This document shows positions 9,481-21,919 of a stretch of DNA of 64,000 nt, piece after piece. A program made the translations under genes and the position numbers. Source of the DNA: an uncultured Methanosarcinaceae archaeon (GTDB taxonomy: Archaea > Halobacteriota > Methanosarcinia > Methanosarcinales > Methanosarcinaceae). Positions within the stretch are counted from its first letter, which is position 1, and each line of letters starts with the position of its first letter. The notes beneath the pieces are model-generated. The model did no database searches and was not told the origin of the DNA. It saw only the letters and a program-made list of their open reading frames with translations. Location of the stretch: assembly GCA_963833425.1 (NCBI GenBank), contig CAWHXP010000012.1:50400-114399 (forward strand). Direction: 5' to 3'.

Positions 9481-12408
9481 TTATTTTCTTTTGTACAAGA
9501 ATACAGCTAACAGGGCAGTTATACCAAAAATAATTCCAAATCCAGGCGCGGTGCCTGAATTTTTGTTATTCTCAGACTTTGGCTCACCATTTGCTGGTGT
9601 ATTTACAGTGCTCATATTTTGCTTTGCTGTCATCTTACCAGTTATTACAAAGGGAGATAATCCAGGTGTTTGCGCTGTGAAATAAAGATACTTGTCATCT
9701 TCTCCTGATTTGCTTGTTGGTAATGGATTCCATTCCTTGTCAGAGTACCTGTTGAGGGTGATGGATGACTGATCTATATTATTCTCATGTACCCATGATT
9801 TTTCAACCTTGAAACATAATACCGCATTTTCTAGATTCTTTGAAGTTGCAAATCCACTGTTTCCAACCCAAATATTTAAGTGTTTGTATACAGTATCAGA
9901 AGGCAGACCTGAAGCTTGTAGAGATTTTTCTTTCAGCATCTCGACTATGGTAGTCGTCTTGCCATTGGTCTTCTTCGAATCGAAGCTCACATATACAACA
10001 GAAGTATAGTTCTTTGGGAAATCAAATTTCACAGATTTTCCGCTTGTAATGAAAGCCTGTGAAATTTCTTTACCCACTACATTACTTTGAGGCTCATTGG
10101 AACTGCTTAAACCTGCACTTTCAATACTACTCCCGCTATTAGAGCTGCTGCTACTGCTGCTACTGCTACTACTACTGCTACTACTGCTGCTACTACTGCT
10201 ATCACTAGAACTACTCTCAGTTGTAGGATTGGTGTTGTAATCAAGAACAGTTATTGTGGTAGCCTTCGAAATCGTGTTATTTTTATTGCTAACTATAAAG
10301 TTAAGGGTGTAGTTTCCTGCTTTGGAATAAGTGTGCTTTGGATTCTGCTCGGTTGAATTAGTTCCGTCTCCAAAATCCCAATTCTTCGATATTGCATTTT
10401 GTGAAAGATCTGTAAGCTGGACATCAAGTGGAGCATAACCATGTGTAGTACTGGCTCTGAAGTCTGCAGCAGAAACTACTACATTTACTAGTGGTAATCT
10501 ATCGACAACATTTACTTCTTTATCGTATATGACATCAGCAATTCCATCGCCGTCTGAATCAGGTGCAGTTTGGGAAAATCCGTCACCAGTAATGCGTGCC
10601 CAGAAGTTACCGCCAAGATATGGCCCATTTACAATGTTTTTGCCTTTAGTCTTTTCTATGTACCAGGTACATTTTGCATTTTTAGCGTCAGTATTCTCAG
10701 TATTGTTGAGATAGTTATTATAAATCATGTTATTGATGCTTTTAGGACATAGGAAAACACCCTTTTCGTTCCAGATAATATGGTTGCCTGAAATATTGTT
10801 GCTTACAGCAGAGTTTAGGTCAATACCATCGAGAGCATTATAAGATACCGTATTATTTGAAAGAGAGTTATTGTCTGCAGAGTAGAGCCTAATCCCCATA
10901 TTATTATATGGAGCTACATTGCTGGAGAGTATGTTCCGTTTTGAGCTTTCCACGTGGATTCCGATGTTATTGCCTCGTGCTGTATTGCTATCAAGGTAAC
11001 TATTATTTGAATTCACTAAGTAAATCCCATCTCCGCTGTTTGAAATTACACTGTTGTTGACGAGCTTATTATAATTGCTAGTATTCGCAAGACGAATACC
11101 GTTGCCAGTACTGAAATCCACAATGTTATTTGATAGCGTATTATTGTAGCATCCTGAGCCTAGTAAGTAAATACCTTTACCATTTCCAGTTGCATGATTA
11201 TTAGATATCACGTTATTATTTGTTTCCACATAGATGCCATAAAATGAGTTTGAATTTGCAATATTGTTATCCACAAGATTATTTTTGCCACAATAATTAG
11301 TCAGATGAATACCAACGTCACACGAATTTGCATTATTACCTGAAATCGTGTTCCCACTATCTTCATATGTGAAGTAAAGGCCTTCTTTATTTCCATCTGC
11401 ATTGTTTTTAATAATCTTGTTTTTATGGGAATACCTCATAGCTATTCCGTAAAGATTGCTTGAAACTTTATTATTTTGTACAACGTTGCTTTCACAGGTG
11501 TTAAAGAAAATACCATGGTCTGCAGAACTAGCATTGTTATTTGAAATTATGTTCGATTTGGAATTTTGAAGGTTTATACCGTTGGTGTTAGTTCTGTTGA
11601 CCGCACTGTTTGACATTAACACATTGTTATTTGTTAAGTTGTTTTCATCTGACAATGTCAGATAAATCCCATCGTTTTTGTTTGATTTCAAAGTGTTTTC
11701 TGATAGGGTAACACCTTTTGCAGATTCAAGTAATATACCCGAGTTAGTGTTCTGACTTATGGAGTTTCCTGATATAGTACTTCCCTTAGAATTAGAGCCT
11801 TTAATATGAATCCCGTCATGTTGGTTTGAGATCGAATTTCCAGAAACCAGTGTATTGCCAGATTGTTCAATATCGATCCCAGTGCCAGTACCAAAAGTAC
11901 TAGTTCTGTTGAAGTTGTTGTTGCGAACCACACTATCAGTAAAACTAGTTAGTCTCACTCCAAGTCCATCGTTTAAAAATATGTTATTTTCAACTGTGCA
12001 CTGTTTACCTTGAGATAGGTAAACTCCTGCCATATCATTTCTGGCTCCAGTAATAGTAAATCCTTTGATTGTTACATGAGTTTTGTATTTAATCGAAATC
12101 ACACCTTTAACTGTAGGACTTGCTGTATTGTCGGCAACAATTATGGTGTCTCCAGGGTTACTAGATGATGACATCAGTACTAAATTATTAAGATTATTAG
12201 CATAATCTCTGCTTATGTCTATGTTCCCAGTATAAGTTCCGGGTTCTACAATGATTGTATCGTCTGATTTTGCACTGTCCACTGCAGCCTGTATTGAACC
12301 TCCTGGTTGGACGTGAATCTCAGCTGCTGTTCCGACACAGGAGCTTAGTGTAAATATTAAATAGGCCAGTAATAAAATTTTGATGATATTTATGTCTAAT
12401 TCCTCCAT
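9481..12408 (-). CDS. Cell-surface protein: NosD/CASH beta-helix repeats, PKD domain, Ser linker, PGF-pre-PGF domain, PGF-CTERM anchor
   Basis: Signal peptide; many GIxLxxSxxNxxxNN repeats; GPYLGGNFW; WDFGDG; VYKHLNIWVG and TPGLSPF; C-terminal PGF + TM + basic tail. Confidence 0.9.
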   Translation of the reverse strand: MEELDINIIKILLLAYLIFTLSSCVGTAAEIHVQPGGSIQAAVDSAKSDDTIIVEPGTYTGNIDISRDYANNLNNLVLMSSSSNPGDTIIVADNTASPTVKGVISIKYKTHVTIKGFTITGARNDMAGVYLSQGKQCTVENNIFLNDGLGVRLTSFTDSVVRNNNFNRTSTFGTGTGIDIEQSGNTLVSGNSISNQHDGIHIKGSNSKGSTISGNSISQNTNSGILLESAKGVTLSENTLKSNKNDGIYLTLSDENNLTNNNVLMSNSAVNRTNTNGINLQNSKSNIISNNNASSADHGIFFNTCESNVVQNNKVSSNLYGIAMRYSHKNKIIKNNADGNKEGLYFTYEDSGNTISGNNANSCDVGIHLTNYCGKNNLVDNNIANSNSFYGIYVETNNNVISNNHATGNGKGIYLLGSGCYNNTLSNNIVDFSTGNGIRLANTSNYNKLVNNSVISNSGDGIYLVNSNNSYLDSNTARGNNIGIHVESSKRNILSSNVAPYNNMGIRLYSADNNSLSNNTVSYNALDGIDLNSAVSNNISGNHIIWNEKGVFLCPKSINNMIYNNYLNNTENTDAKNAKCTWYIEKTKGKNIVNGPYLGGNFWARITGDGFSQTAPDSDGDGIADVIYDKEVNVVDRLPLVNVVVSAADFRASTTHGYAPLDVQLTDLSQNAISKNWDFGDGTNSTEQNPKHTYSKAGNYTLNFIVSNKNNTISKATTITVLDYNTNPTTESSSSDSSSSSSSSSSSSSSSSSSSSNSGSSIESAGLSSSNEPQSNVVGKEISQAFITSGKSVKFDFPKNYTSVVYVSFDSKKTNGKTTTIVEMLKEKSLQASGLPSDTVYKHLNIWVGNSGFATSKNLENAVLCFKVEKSWVHENNIDQSSITLNRYSDKEWNPLPTSKSGEDDKYLYFTAQTPGLSPFVITGKMTAKQNMSTVNTPANGEPKSENNKNSGTAPGFGIIFGITALLAVFLYKRK
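10141..10218 (-). repeat. (AGC/AGT)n microsatellite encoding poly-Ser linker
   Basis: ctgctgctactgctgctact... run in frame within the CDS. Confidence 0.9.
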
Positions 12409-13246
12409 GAAAGTAGAAAAATCGAGAATGATACTTCCTCTAATTAATTAGAAATTGATTGCAAGTATCATATAAACATATTGGTACAAGTTACTATATT
12501 TCCATATTTATTTATTTTGCGAGAAACTCCAAAATTGTAACTTGTTTAGTGAAATATTTTCATAAACAATTCAATAATTTATTGAGGATTGGAGCTCATC
12601 TCTTATTTATATCTTCATGAGAAAAAAATAAGAGATAAATTCTAATCCTCTATAGTTTTATGGCTTTCGTTCGAATAGATTTGATTAGAGTAGAATTGTT
12701 TAAAACGGAGGAAATTAGCGAGAAATGGCTTGATGATTAGTTTTTTGAGCATTTATAACAATGAATTGCCATTTATTGCATAGTTTTCACTTATTGAAAA
12801 ATAATCAAGTCTTTAGGGAATGAATAAATAGTGAAAAAAGACAAGGATTTTCTTTCGGAAGTAGATAGTCTTTTATGTACATATGGGAAAGTGGACCTAA
12901 AAACTTGATGTATTAATCTAGCCACTTAATATCTTAGCAAATATATAATAAAGGTTAATTATCACTCAGCTGAAGACTAAGTGGCTTCTTGGTTCATTCC
13001 ATTGTATCTTGAGACAAGTCCATAAGACGTCACCCTCATGCCACTGATATCAGATTCCAATTAATTTTTAATTAATGGTAAAAAATTTTTTGATGTTTAT
13101 TGCAGCGTTAATGCCTATATCATGTTCTGCCTTACAGTCAGGACATTTCTATTCTCTACCATGTAATATCTCTCTATAATTTAAATGAGTCTGCCACTTA
13201 ATTTCCAGGGAAATAGTCACATCCCTCTTAGGTAATAGATATTACC

Positions 13247-13773
13247 CTATTTTTTTGAGGCTTCTGCGACACTTATTATTTTGTTTGATATATATCTAGA
13301 TTTAGCTTCTTTGATTACATTAACTGCTGCTTCGAGACCTTCCCAACCAATAATCATCACGTGTTTGTTCTCTAAATTTTTATAAGTTTCAAAGAAATGA
13401 GTAATTTCCTTCAACAAGTGTGGGGGTACCTGTTCAATTATTTCTATATAATTCCATACTGGATCACTCTTTGGAACACAGAGTATCTTTTCATCTCTTC
13501 CCGTATCATCTTCCATATCAAACAATGCGACAGGATATACATCAATTACACATCCTGGAAATGTAGGTTCCCATGTTAAAACAAGGGCATCTAAAGGATC
13601 ACCGTCAAGTACTATAGTATCTGGAAAAAAAAACCATAATCACAGGGATATACCATCGAAGAATAAAGCATTCTGTCAAATTTAATTACCGTTTCTTTTT
13701 TATCATATTCGTATTTGTTTCGACTTCCTTTTGGAATTTCTATAATAACACTTTCAACTTGTCGTTCAGCCAT
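13247..13773 (-). pseudogene. ppa: Family I inorganic pyrophosphatase, one frameshift in a 9-T run
   Basis: [29 protein letters not shown], then DGDPLD and DEKIL in the -1 frame; break at 13625-13633. Confidence 0.9.
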
Positions 13774-14729
13774 ATAAATGCTCCCTGGTTATTTTTTATA
13801 TATCAACCAGTTGTTTAGTAATAATTGCAACTATCATTTGTTGTTATGAGGTTCTGATGTTAAAACAGAATCCTAGGTGCTTAGTTTTTTATACTTAATT
13901 CGGTGCATAAAACAATAACTTGAAATTCCGAAAACATCAATAAATGGTGTTCTATTTTGATATCTCCGGGAATAAGCAAAGGTTATTCTAACTTTTTCAT
14001 TGTAATTGTAGACTTCAACATCGATAGCCTCTTTTGTTTCATATCATTCCCACTTTTCAAGGATTATACTTACTAAATAATCTACAATCTAGAAATGCAA
14101 TTTTTAGAACTATTTTACAATAATGTAGGAATATAGCGGTGTACCTAAAGTACCAGAAGATGAATTTTAATTGACTTGTACATATTTTCTGCACTGCGAA
14201 AAAGCGGTATTTATCGTTTTCACTTATGCACAGGTTTTAAAACAAAAATTGTGTATTATTGCTGTTAGATGGCCCTGTTCTATTCTACATTGTAGTTTAT
14301 TTTAGTTTTTGTTAAGATATAGCTTAAAAGTTTTTTCCAGAATGGCTGTTTTCCAAGTTAAAATGTTTTGTGTGAGGATATTATTTAATTTTTAAAAGTT
14401 TGGCAACTAAAAGCAAAGTGAAAAATATATTAATAAATGTATAAAATTATTTTTTTAGTTTGAAAGTTAATTCGTAGAAGAAAGTATCATTCATTTGCGT
14501 TTAATAACTTTTTTAGGCACTAATATCTGAGCAAACATCTAGAAGCAAAAAACGAACTAAGCTAAAGTGATAAAATAAGTAGAAAGCATACAATTATAAC
14601 AGCTTTAAGATCACATCACTGGTGCATTTATGCTAGCGAATATCGCAGATGCGTTGACGGAAATCACAAACTTTGGTTATTCAACGAACAAGTGCGAAAT
14701 CAGGCCAGCAAAATGAAACAATAAAAGTG

Positions 14730-14783
14730 CATGACAAAGCAATTGTAATTAATCCCTTGAATCCAAATACTTGGATCTATAAA
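14730..14783 (+). pseudogene. TPR repeat remnant
   Basis: Reads HDKAIVINPLNPNTWIYK. Confidence 0.4.
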
Positions 14784-14823
14784 AATAAACCCGATTCGTG
14801 GATTGAATAATTACTTAATTTTC

Positions 14824-15822
14824 GGCTCTGTAGAAATGCTCTAAATTGAACTTTTACACCAGTATTATAACTATTCAGTTATAATATTCTTTTTATTTTT
14901 TTCGCTAAAAATGAAGGAACATTCAATATTGAAGTTTAAAAGTACATTAAATTTGTTGATACTAGTCTTGAAACTGTTCAATCTTCGAGACTGAAGCTTT
15001 ATTCCTGCAAGTATTCAAAACACGTTTATACTCAGCATCAGCTTCTTTCACTGGTTTTATTGAAAGAGTATATTAGTACAGACTATCGAGATTTTGTAGA
15101 ACTTATTGACCTTATGAGCGATATAAAAGAAAAACTTGCTCTTGAAAAGATTCCACATTTCACTACCCTTCAAAAGTTTGTAACTAGGATTCCTTCCTCT
15201 CTGTTTAACCTTCTTCTGTCAAGGATTCTAAAGCTGTTTTACTCATATGGAGAAAATGTTTCTGTTGCAGCGATTGATGCAACAGGATTTACGAGTTCAT
15301 ATGCGAGTTATTATTATTCCAGAAGAACAGGGAAGCTTCGAAGAAGCTTCCTGAGAACTTCAATGTCAGTGGACACAAGTAAAAAGATAATATTGGGATG
15401 GAAAATTAGTCAAAAAACAGACCATGAAATCAAACATGCAAATGCTCTGATAAGGCAATCAAATAAGATGAGAAAGTCTGATTGTTATGTAATGGATAAA
15501 GGATACGATTCAGAAAAAATACATTCTATAATTAGAGAAGAAATCAAAGCAGATTCAATTATACCTGTAAGAGAGAGAAAAAGGGAGAAAATAATAGGAA
15601 AATATAGAAACAATTGAACCTGGTCTTTGGCAAAATTAAATATAATCAAAGAAATATAGTGGAGACAATATTTTCTGTAGTTAAAAGAAAATAAGGAGAA
15701 ACACTAAGGGCAAGGAAATTCCGTTATCAAATGAAAGAGATTAAAATTAAATTAATAATATACAACATAGATAAAAAAGTTATAGAAGTAATTGGCATCA
15801 AATTAAGGATTTCTACAGAGCC
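14824..15822 (+). mobile_element. IS5-like DDE insertion sequence, transposase disrupted
   Basis: Perfect 14-bp IRs GGCTCTGTAGAAAT; IDATGF, VMDKGYD, RNIVETIFSVVKRK motifs; frameshift near 15612 and a later stop. Confidence 0.85.
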
Positions 15823-16489
15823 TAATTTTAATTTATTCTTATTCTTCAGAGATTAATTTAGCAAGGTTTTTGCTTTCCATCGCACCATATATTTCGACTG
15901 AAAAATGAGAAAATGCATAGTTTTTATCACAAAACCTGTGCATTGAATCAGCTTAAAGTTATAGTTCATCATGCATTAACTGAATTTCATTAAACATTTT
16001 TAATTTGAGTAGAGCATCGTTTTCTTTTTTTCACGGCTTTTGAATTCATCGTAGTTATATAAATTGATAGCTATACGCATTTAATGCTTAATCATATATG
16101 GCCAAATGTTCTAAATCTTCTGCTTTATATCTCTACATTCGTATCTAACGGATCTATTTTGAGTACTTCATTCTGGGTTTTTAAGTCAATTCATATTTAC
16201 ATTTGAGTGAACAATACCGTTGCTATCAGAGCTTGAATCATCAGCAAGTTAATTCACGTTTAATATTTACTACCAGAGCCACTCATTTCCTTTTATTTAA
16301 TAGGGGAAGTAAACAGTACAGGATTGGTCAAAATAAAATTAAATTGTGACTCGTGGTTCGAGTCCTATTATTTAAATCTGAGAGATCATTTTTGGCTTTC
16401 AAGGTTTCTTCATCCTGGGGGTTAATTCGATTGCTTTTTTAAATGCTATTATTGTTTCTTTCTTCTTGTTTAAATTCTTAAGAGTCGAC

Positions 16490-16580
16490 CCTTTATAGCT
16501 CCAGGTCATGGATTCTGTGGATCAATTTCAATTGTTTTGTCAAAGGCTTTTATTGCTTCATCGAATTCCTGCAGATGCTG
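16490..16580 (-). pseudogene. TPR repeat remnant
   Basis: Minus strand reads LQEFDEAIKAFDKTIEIDPQNP. Confidence 0.45.
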
Positions 16581-17444
16581 CTGCTAGAGCATAAGGAAGT
16601 TCCAATGCAACATTCTCACCAATTCGTTGTTGTATCTCATGGTCAATTTGGAAGGTATCGCCATCTTAAAACACAGTTTTTGATTTATTATGAATAATAT
16701 TAGTGAATCTTCTATTTAATATTTCTGTAGTTTATTTATGCATGAAATATGAGTTTATGCTAGTTTTAATCAAAAATGAGCCCTTTTAGGCCTTTTGAGA
16801 CGCTTTTTGGGTCCATAAGAGTGAACTTATGGGGCAATCAACAAAATCCAATGTAAGGGCTAATATTTAGAGCCTATCAGATGGGTTTTATAGCCTAGCC
16901 TAACTTTTCGATGAAAAGATTTAGTTTGAATGGATCGTCAGTTGCCATATATATATATTATAATTTTTACATCATGTCATTAGTGACCTTTGGATAGGCT
17001 CTTGGTCAAATATGGACGATTGTGGGCGATTTGCAGCATTTTCCTGAGCTTGGTAAGGTTAATCTCTATTCAGCGCAATCAAAAAAACTCGCTGTGGGGC
17101 TGAGAATCAGTCGTTTTTTGATCAATCGGAAAGCAATGTTTTACTGCCAAATTTTCTGTTTCTATCGTTTTGACTCGTGGATGGGTTACAAAATAAAACA
17201 CATGTACTTTCTATGTTGACTTTGTTTTGTTATTTTTTTACAAGAGTGCACTATACACTAACAAACGGGAACCTAGAGTAAAACGCATATAAGCCTATTT
17301 TTAAACCGATTAGTTTTTTTTAAGCCTTAACTGCTGATATAATATAAATCTGGGATATATACCTTATATCCGATATGTTACAACACCCAGGATTGGATTG
17401 ATGAATATTTCCCATAAGATGGAAGAATCTTCGATTTTTTCTGA

Positions 17445-18450
17445 TTGAGAACATTGGTAAAAGAGTTGAAATACGTGATCAATAATCACAAATTATATTA
17501 TATAGCCGTAGTTTCAACAGCATTGATTTTCATGCTGGTAAGTACCGCAGGTGCGATACAGTATGCGTATATCTCAAACAGCCTAGACAACACCGTTTCT
17601 GTCATTGACATAACTATAAACAAAATTACAGTCTGCGTGCCCGTAGAAAACGATTCTTGTGGAGTTGTAGTCATCCCAGATGGAGCAAATGTATATGTGA
17701 CTAATTATTATGGCAACAATGTTTCTGTAATTAACACAACCACAAACACTGATACAGCCACGGTGCCTGTAGGCTCCTACACTGTAGGAGTTGCAGTCAA
17801 CCCAGACAGAACAAAAGTGTATGTTACGAACTTATTATTGAATAGTACTGTCTCTGCAATTAACACAACAAGTAACAGTGTTGCAGACACGGTGAATTTA
17901 GGACTATATCCTTATGGAGTTACAGTCACTCCTGATGGAACGAAAGTATATGCGACAAATTATTTGTGTAACACTGTTTCTGTAATTAACACATCCACAA
18001 ACTCCATTACAACCGTTTTGTCTGTAGGAAACTATCCTATAGCATTCGGGCAGTTTATAGGACCTATACTATCAACTCCTACAATTACCTGGGGTAACCC
18101 TGCAAGTATAATATATGGAACACCATTAAGCAACGTTCAGCTGGATGCATCTGCTTCCGTACCTGGAACCTATGTTTACACTCCACCTGCAGAATAGTAT
18201 TAGGCGCAGGTATGTATACATTAAATGCTTCTTTCACACCAACTGACACTACAAACTATATTACAGCAGTAGCAAGTGTTTTAGTAAACGTGACAACAGA
18301 AACTCCTATAATAATCTGGAATAGACCTGCTAGCGTAACATACGGAACAGCACTAGGCAATACTCAGTTAGATGTAGCTGTTTCAGTACCTTGAACAGTT
18401 ATATACACTCCACCATTAGAAACCGTGCTGAATGCAGGTCAGCAGCAGCA
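17445..18450 (+). pseudogene. YVTN beta-propeller surface protein with Ig-like repeats, truncated
   Basis: Signal peptide, PDGxKVYVTN repeats, two ITWxNPAxIxYGTxL..QLDA repeats broken by a frameshift near 18195 and a stop at 18394. Confidence 0.8.
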
Positions 18451-18898
18451 TTGATGCAATTGAATGGTTTAAGCAATCAGTAATATCAGGAGAGATTATT
18501 TGAAAAACCAAGAAACTTACCGGCTCGGTATTGATTTTGTGTGATCAGATATCTTTGTTAAGTATAATTATAAATTATAATTTATAATAATGAAAATTTT
18601 TATTATTTAAGCTTACGGATTTATTTTCAGGAAACTAAATTTTATAATATTTGTAAATGTTTGAGTATATAACTAATATGAACATGTTTAAAATAATATG
18701 GCTTTCTTTTTAAAAAATTATTGTAATAAATATATTTATTAGGGTAAATTTAAGCAAATAAGTACAAAAAAAATCTTAAATCAATATAAAATATTTTAAC
18801 TTATTATTAATATCCCCTAAGTATAATGTCAAAAAGGGGGTAAATACATATGTTTTATAGCAAAAGCTATGCAGATTTCCTGAGCCTTAAAAACTTAA

Positions 18899-20042
18899 GA
18901 GAATTTCGATAACCTCCATGCTCTTGAGCATGGTTGGCTTTAAATTTGTCAGTATTTATGTATATTCATGAAAACTCTTACTGATTTTGCTCTTAAAGAA
19001 GAGTATAAACTTCTTGAATCTGTTGGAGATAAGCTTGCTGAAATTGCTTCCTTAATTGATTGGAAAGCGTTTCGTATTACTCTTGAGTCTATGTATATTA
19101 ACAAAGCCGTTTCAGGAGGGATACCTGAAACTGATGTCATTGTGATGTTCAAAATGCTTGTTTTACAACAATAGCATGTGCTCTCTGATTTTGAACTTGA
19201 GAAACATTGTATAGATCGAATTTCTTTTAGGAAATTCCTTGGATTTCCGGAATACATACCTGACAGTGCTACTGTATGGCTATTTAGGGAGAGAATTATC
19301 GAGAATTTCAAAGAAAATATAGGGAAAGTTGCAAGGCCAACTTGATGCTCTGGGTTTACAGATAAAGCAGGGAATGATTCAGAATGCTACTTTTATCCAT
19401 TCAGATCCAGGACATGCAAAAGGAGATAAACCTCGAGGAGGTGAGGCAAAAACAAGAAGAAGCAGAGACGGAACCTGGACAAAGAAGGGAGATAAGTCTC
19501 ACTTTGGATATAAGTGTCATAATATAATAGACAGAGATTATGAGCTGATCAGAAGATTCAAAACAACAACTGCGTCAGTACATGATTCGTATGTAGATTT
19601 GACAGAGGAAAATGAAGTGGTTTATAGGATAGAGGATACTTTGGAGCAAAAACGAAGGGGTATAATGCACCAATGAAAAGAGCGGTCAAAGGACATACGC
19701 TGGGAATAAAGGATATATTAAGAAATAAGAGAATTAGCTCAAAAAGAGTCCAAGGGAAAAGAGTTTATTCAGTAACGAAAGAAATTTTCAAAGCAGGAAG
19801 AGTTTTTGTTACTACTGTTAAAAGAGTAAATCTAAAAATGTTGTGTACGGCTTTTTGTTATAATCTCCATCAATTGAGGACATTGAAAATAAAAAAACTA
19901 TATTGAAGATAGCGGGAGCTATCTTTAAAATCAAAGAATTGAGAATAAGTAAAGCCAAAAAGAGAAATTAAATAGAGAAATTGAGGGGAAGATATGAGAA
20001 ATCTCTGCTAAGAAATAAAATCCGAAGTTTATCGAAATCCTC
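18899..20042 (+). mobile_element. IS5-family element copy 1, transposase pseudogene
   Basis: IRs GAGAATTTCGATAA / TTATCGAAATCCTC flanked by TTAA target duplication; KMLVLQQ, IQ(N/D)ATFI, SHFGYK motifs; TAG at 19172 and frameshifts. Confidence 0.9.
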
Positions 20043-20717
20043 TTAAATCTAATTTTTTATTTTTTAGATCAATACTAATCTCCCAATTTTATCAAAATTG
20101 AATGAGGAGCTTTGTGACCACTTTTCTTCGGGAGAGGATCATCAATTAATTCCGGAAATGTCAAGTTCGTCATATACTCAGCGGTGAGACCATACTGACC
20201 TAGAAGAGTAGTAGATCCAGAGATAGTGGAAAGGGTCATCATGGAAAAGTGAGACGATATTTTATAAAAAGTAATTAATTATTTAAAAGATATGAAATTG
20301 GAAAAATTTTACTCTGGAAGTTGGATATGGTTTATTTTTATAAAAAATATAATTGGAGGTGGGGACGTCAATGGGAACTATACAGCCACAATCTCTCTAG
20401 AGCCACCAACTGTACTCTCATTCTCCGAGCAGTTTATTAAAAAATCTTCTTGTTATCGTGATCTAGTCTCAAATTATCCAAAACGTCTCGGTAGTTTCTG
20501 AATTCATTTTTCTTATTATAATAATATTTTGTATTTTCGTGAAGCTGTCGAAGCATATGCGCCACATTAGCAAGTCGATTATAAGTCTTTCTTCATGGCT
20601 TTTGTACCTGTTATTGGGCATGTGCATCCACCTTTGGAAAATGACTATAAATTACCCATACAAAACAGCGAAGAGCTTAAAAGTTGAATTTGAGATAATG
20701 AACTCAGGAGACATATT

Positions 20718-21510
20718 ATGATAGATCTATTTGAACTGTATTTTCACGAAGATTGTCCTTATGAAGATGAAAGTGTTGAATTGTTGGGAATAAAGGGAAA
20801 GAGGTACATTAAGGATTGTTTCCAGAGAGACTGGTGTTTGTGCCTGTGCAGACGAACTGGCTGAACATTATAGAAAAAACGGAATAAAAATGTTGGATTA
20901 CCTGAAAGAAGGTAAGAAGTTCGAATCCGGAGAGAAAATTTTAGAGGCTGAAGGCGACTTGAAACTCATTTTTAGATTTTGGAGAGTCTCTCAGACTTTT
21001 CTTTCGTTGATATGCGCAATTGCTGGAAAAACCGCCTCACTTGTTAGCGCAGGCAAAAAAGAAAACCCTGACATTATTATTGCAGCAACCAGGAAAACAC
21101 ACACTGGAGCTAGATTTTTTGAGCTCAAAGCTGTTCGTGCAGGAGGGGGAGATATCCACAGGAACTCTCTTAGTGATTCCATTCAAATCAGCCAGAATCA
21201 TCTAGAAGTAGTTGGAGAGCTAAAAAAACTCCGGGCTATGAAGAAAATAGAAATTGAACCCCGTTCGAGGTAAAAAGCAATCAAATATGCAAAAATCGCA
21301 GACATAATGCTTCTTGACCATCTATCCCCGACAGAATTGCGAAAGATCGGGCCAGAACTTAAGCAATTAAATCCCAAACTTGAGCTTGCAGTAGGAGGAA
21401 TTGAAGTGGAAAACATTCCTTATTATGCTCCTTTTGTGGATATTATTGTCATAAGCGCTCCATATTATGCAAAACCCTTGGACATGACAACAATAATAGA
21501 AAAAATATAA
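20718..21510 (+). pseudogene. modD: ModD (NadC/QPRTase-like) protein
   Basis: FHEDCPYEDES N-terminus, ATRKTH, HRNSLSDSI, IMLLDH, VGGI; frameshift near 20800 and in-frame TAA at 21271. Confidence 0.8.
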
Positions 21511-21788
21511 GAAATATGAGACGAAATTTCCGAGAAGAAGCATAAGGATGTATCCTATTACAGTCGGGAGCAAGACCAGGGTATAGAGTCAAGAAAACTA
21601 TCTGCTAGCCACTTTCCTGTGAACTCTATTTTTGCTAGCAGATAAGCAATTATAATTTAAGAATATCCACAAAGAAATATGAAACAGTGGCAATTTTAAG
21701 TGTAAGTATAGGTTGGCTTATGACCAATTGAAATGTTCCAATTAAATCCCTTTTCAGTTCCCTAGAGTCGTACTAATTTCTAAAAATT

Positions 21789-21919
21789 TTATGGCCTTTC
21801 CTGGTTTTTACGGAGCTTCTTCCACTTCGTGGGATGTCGCGAAGAAAGCAACCACGCCAAAAGGCAGAAAACCACTGTAAGGACTAAAAGTATCAGTTTT
21901 TTTCCGTTCTTTAATTCAT
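21789..21919 (-). pseudogene. Lipoprotein signal-peptide stub coupled to nifN, probably a deleted molybdate-binding protein gene
   Basis: ATG overlaps the nifN TGA; shifted frame gives LKNGKKLILLVLTVVFCLLA then GGTTGC (GC lipobox) out of frame. Identity inferred from position. Confidence 0.45.

Noticed and set aside
10141..10218. Trinucleotide array as a non-coding repeat
   Set aside because: Ordinary poly-Ser linker.
16348..16366. GGTTCGAGTCC as a tRNA T-loop or att site
   Set aside because: No T-stem pairing or cloverleaf; only a 6-bp hairpin.
19172..19174. In-frame TAG as pyrrolysine
   Set aside because: Copy 2 has TGG here and the gene also has frameshifts, so it is a nonsense mutation.
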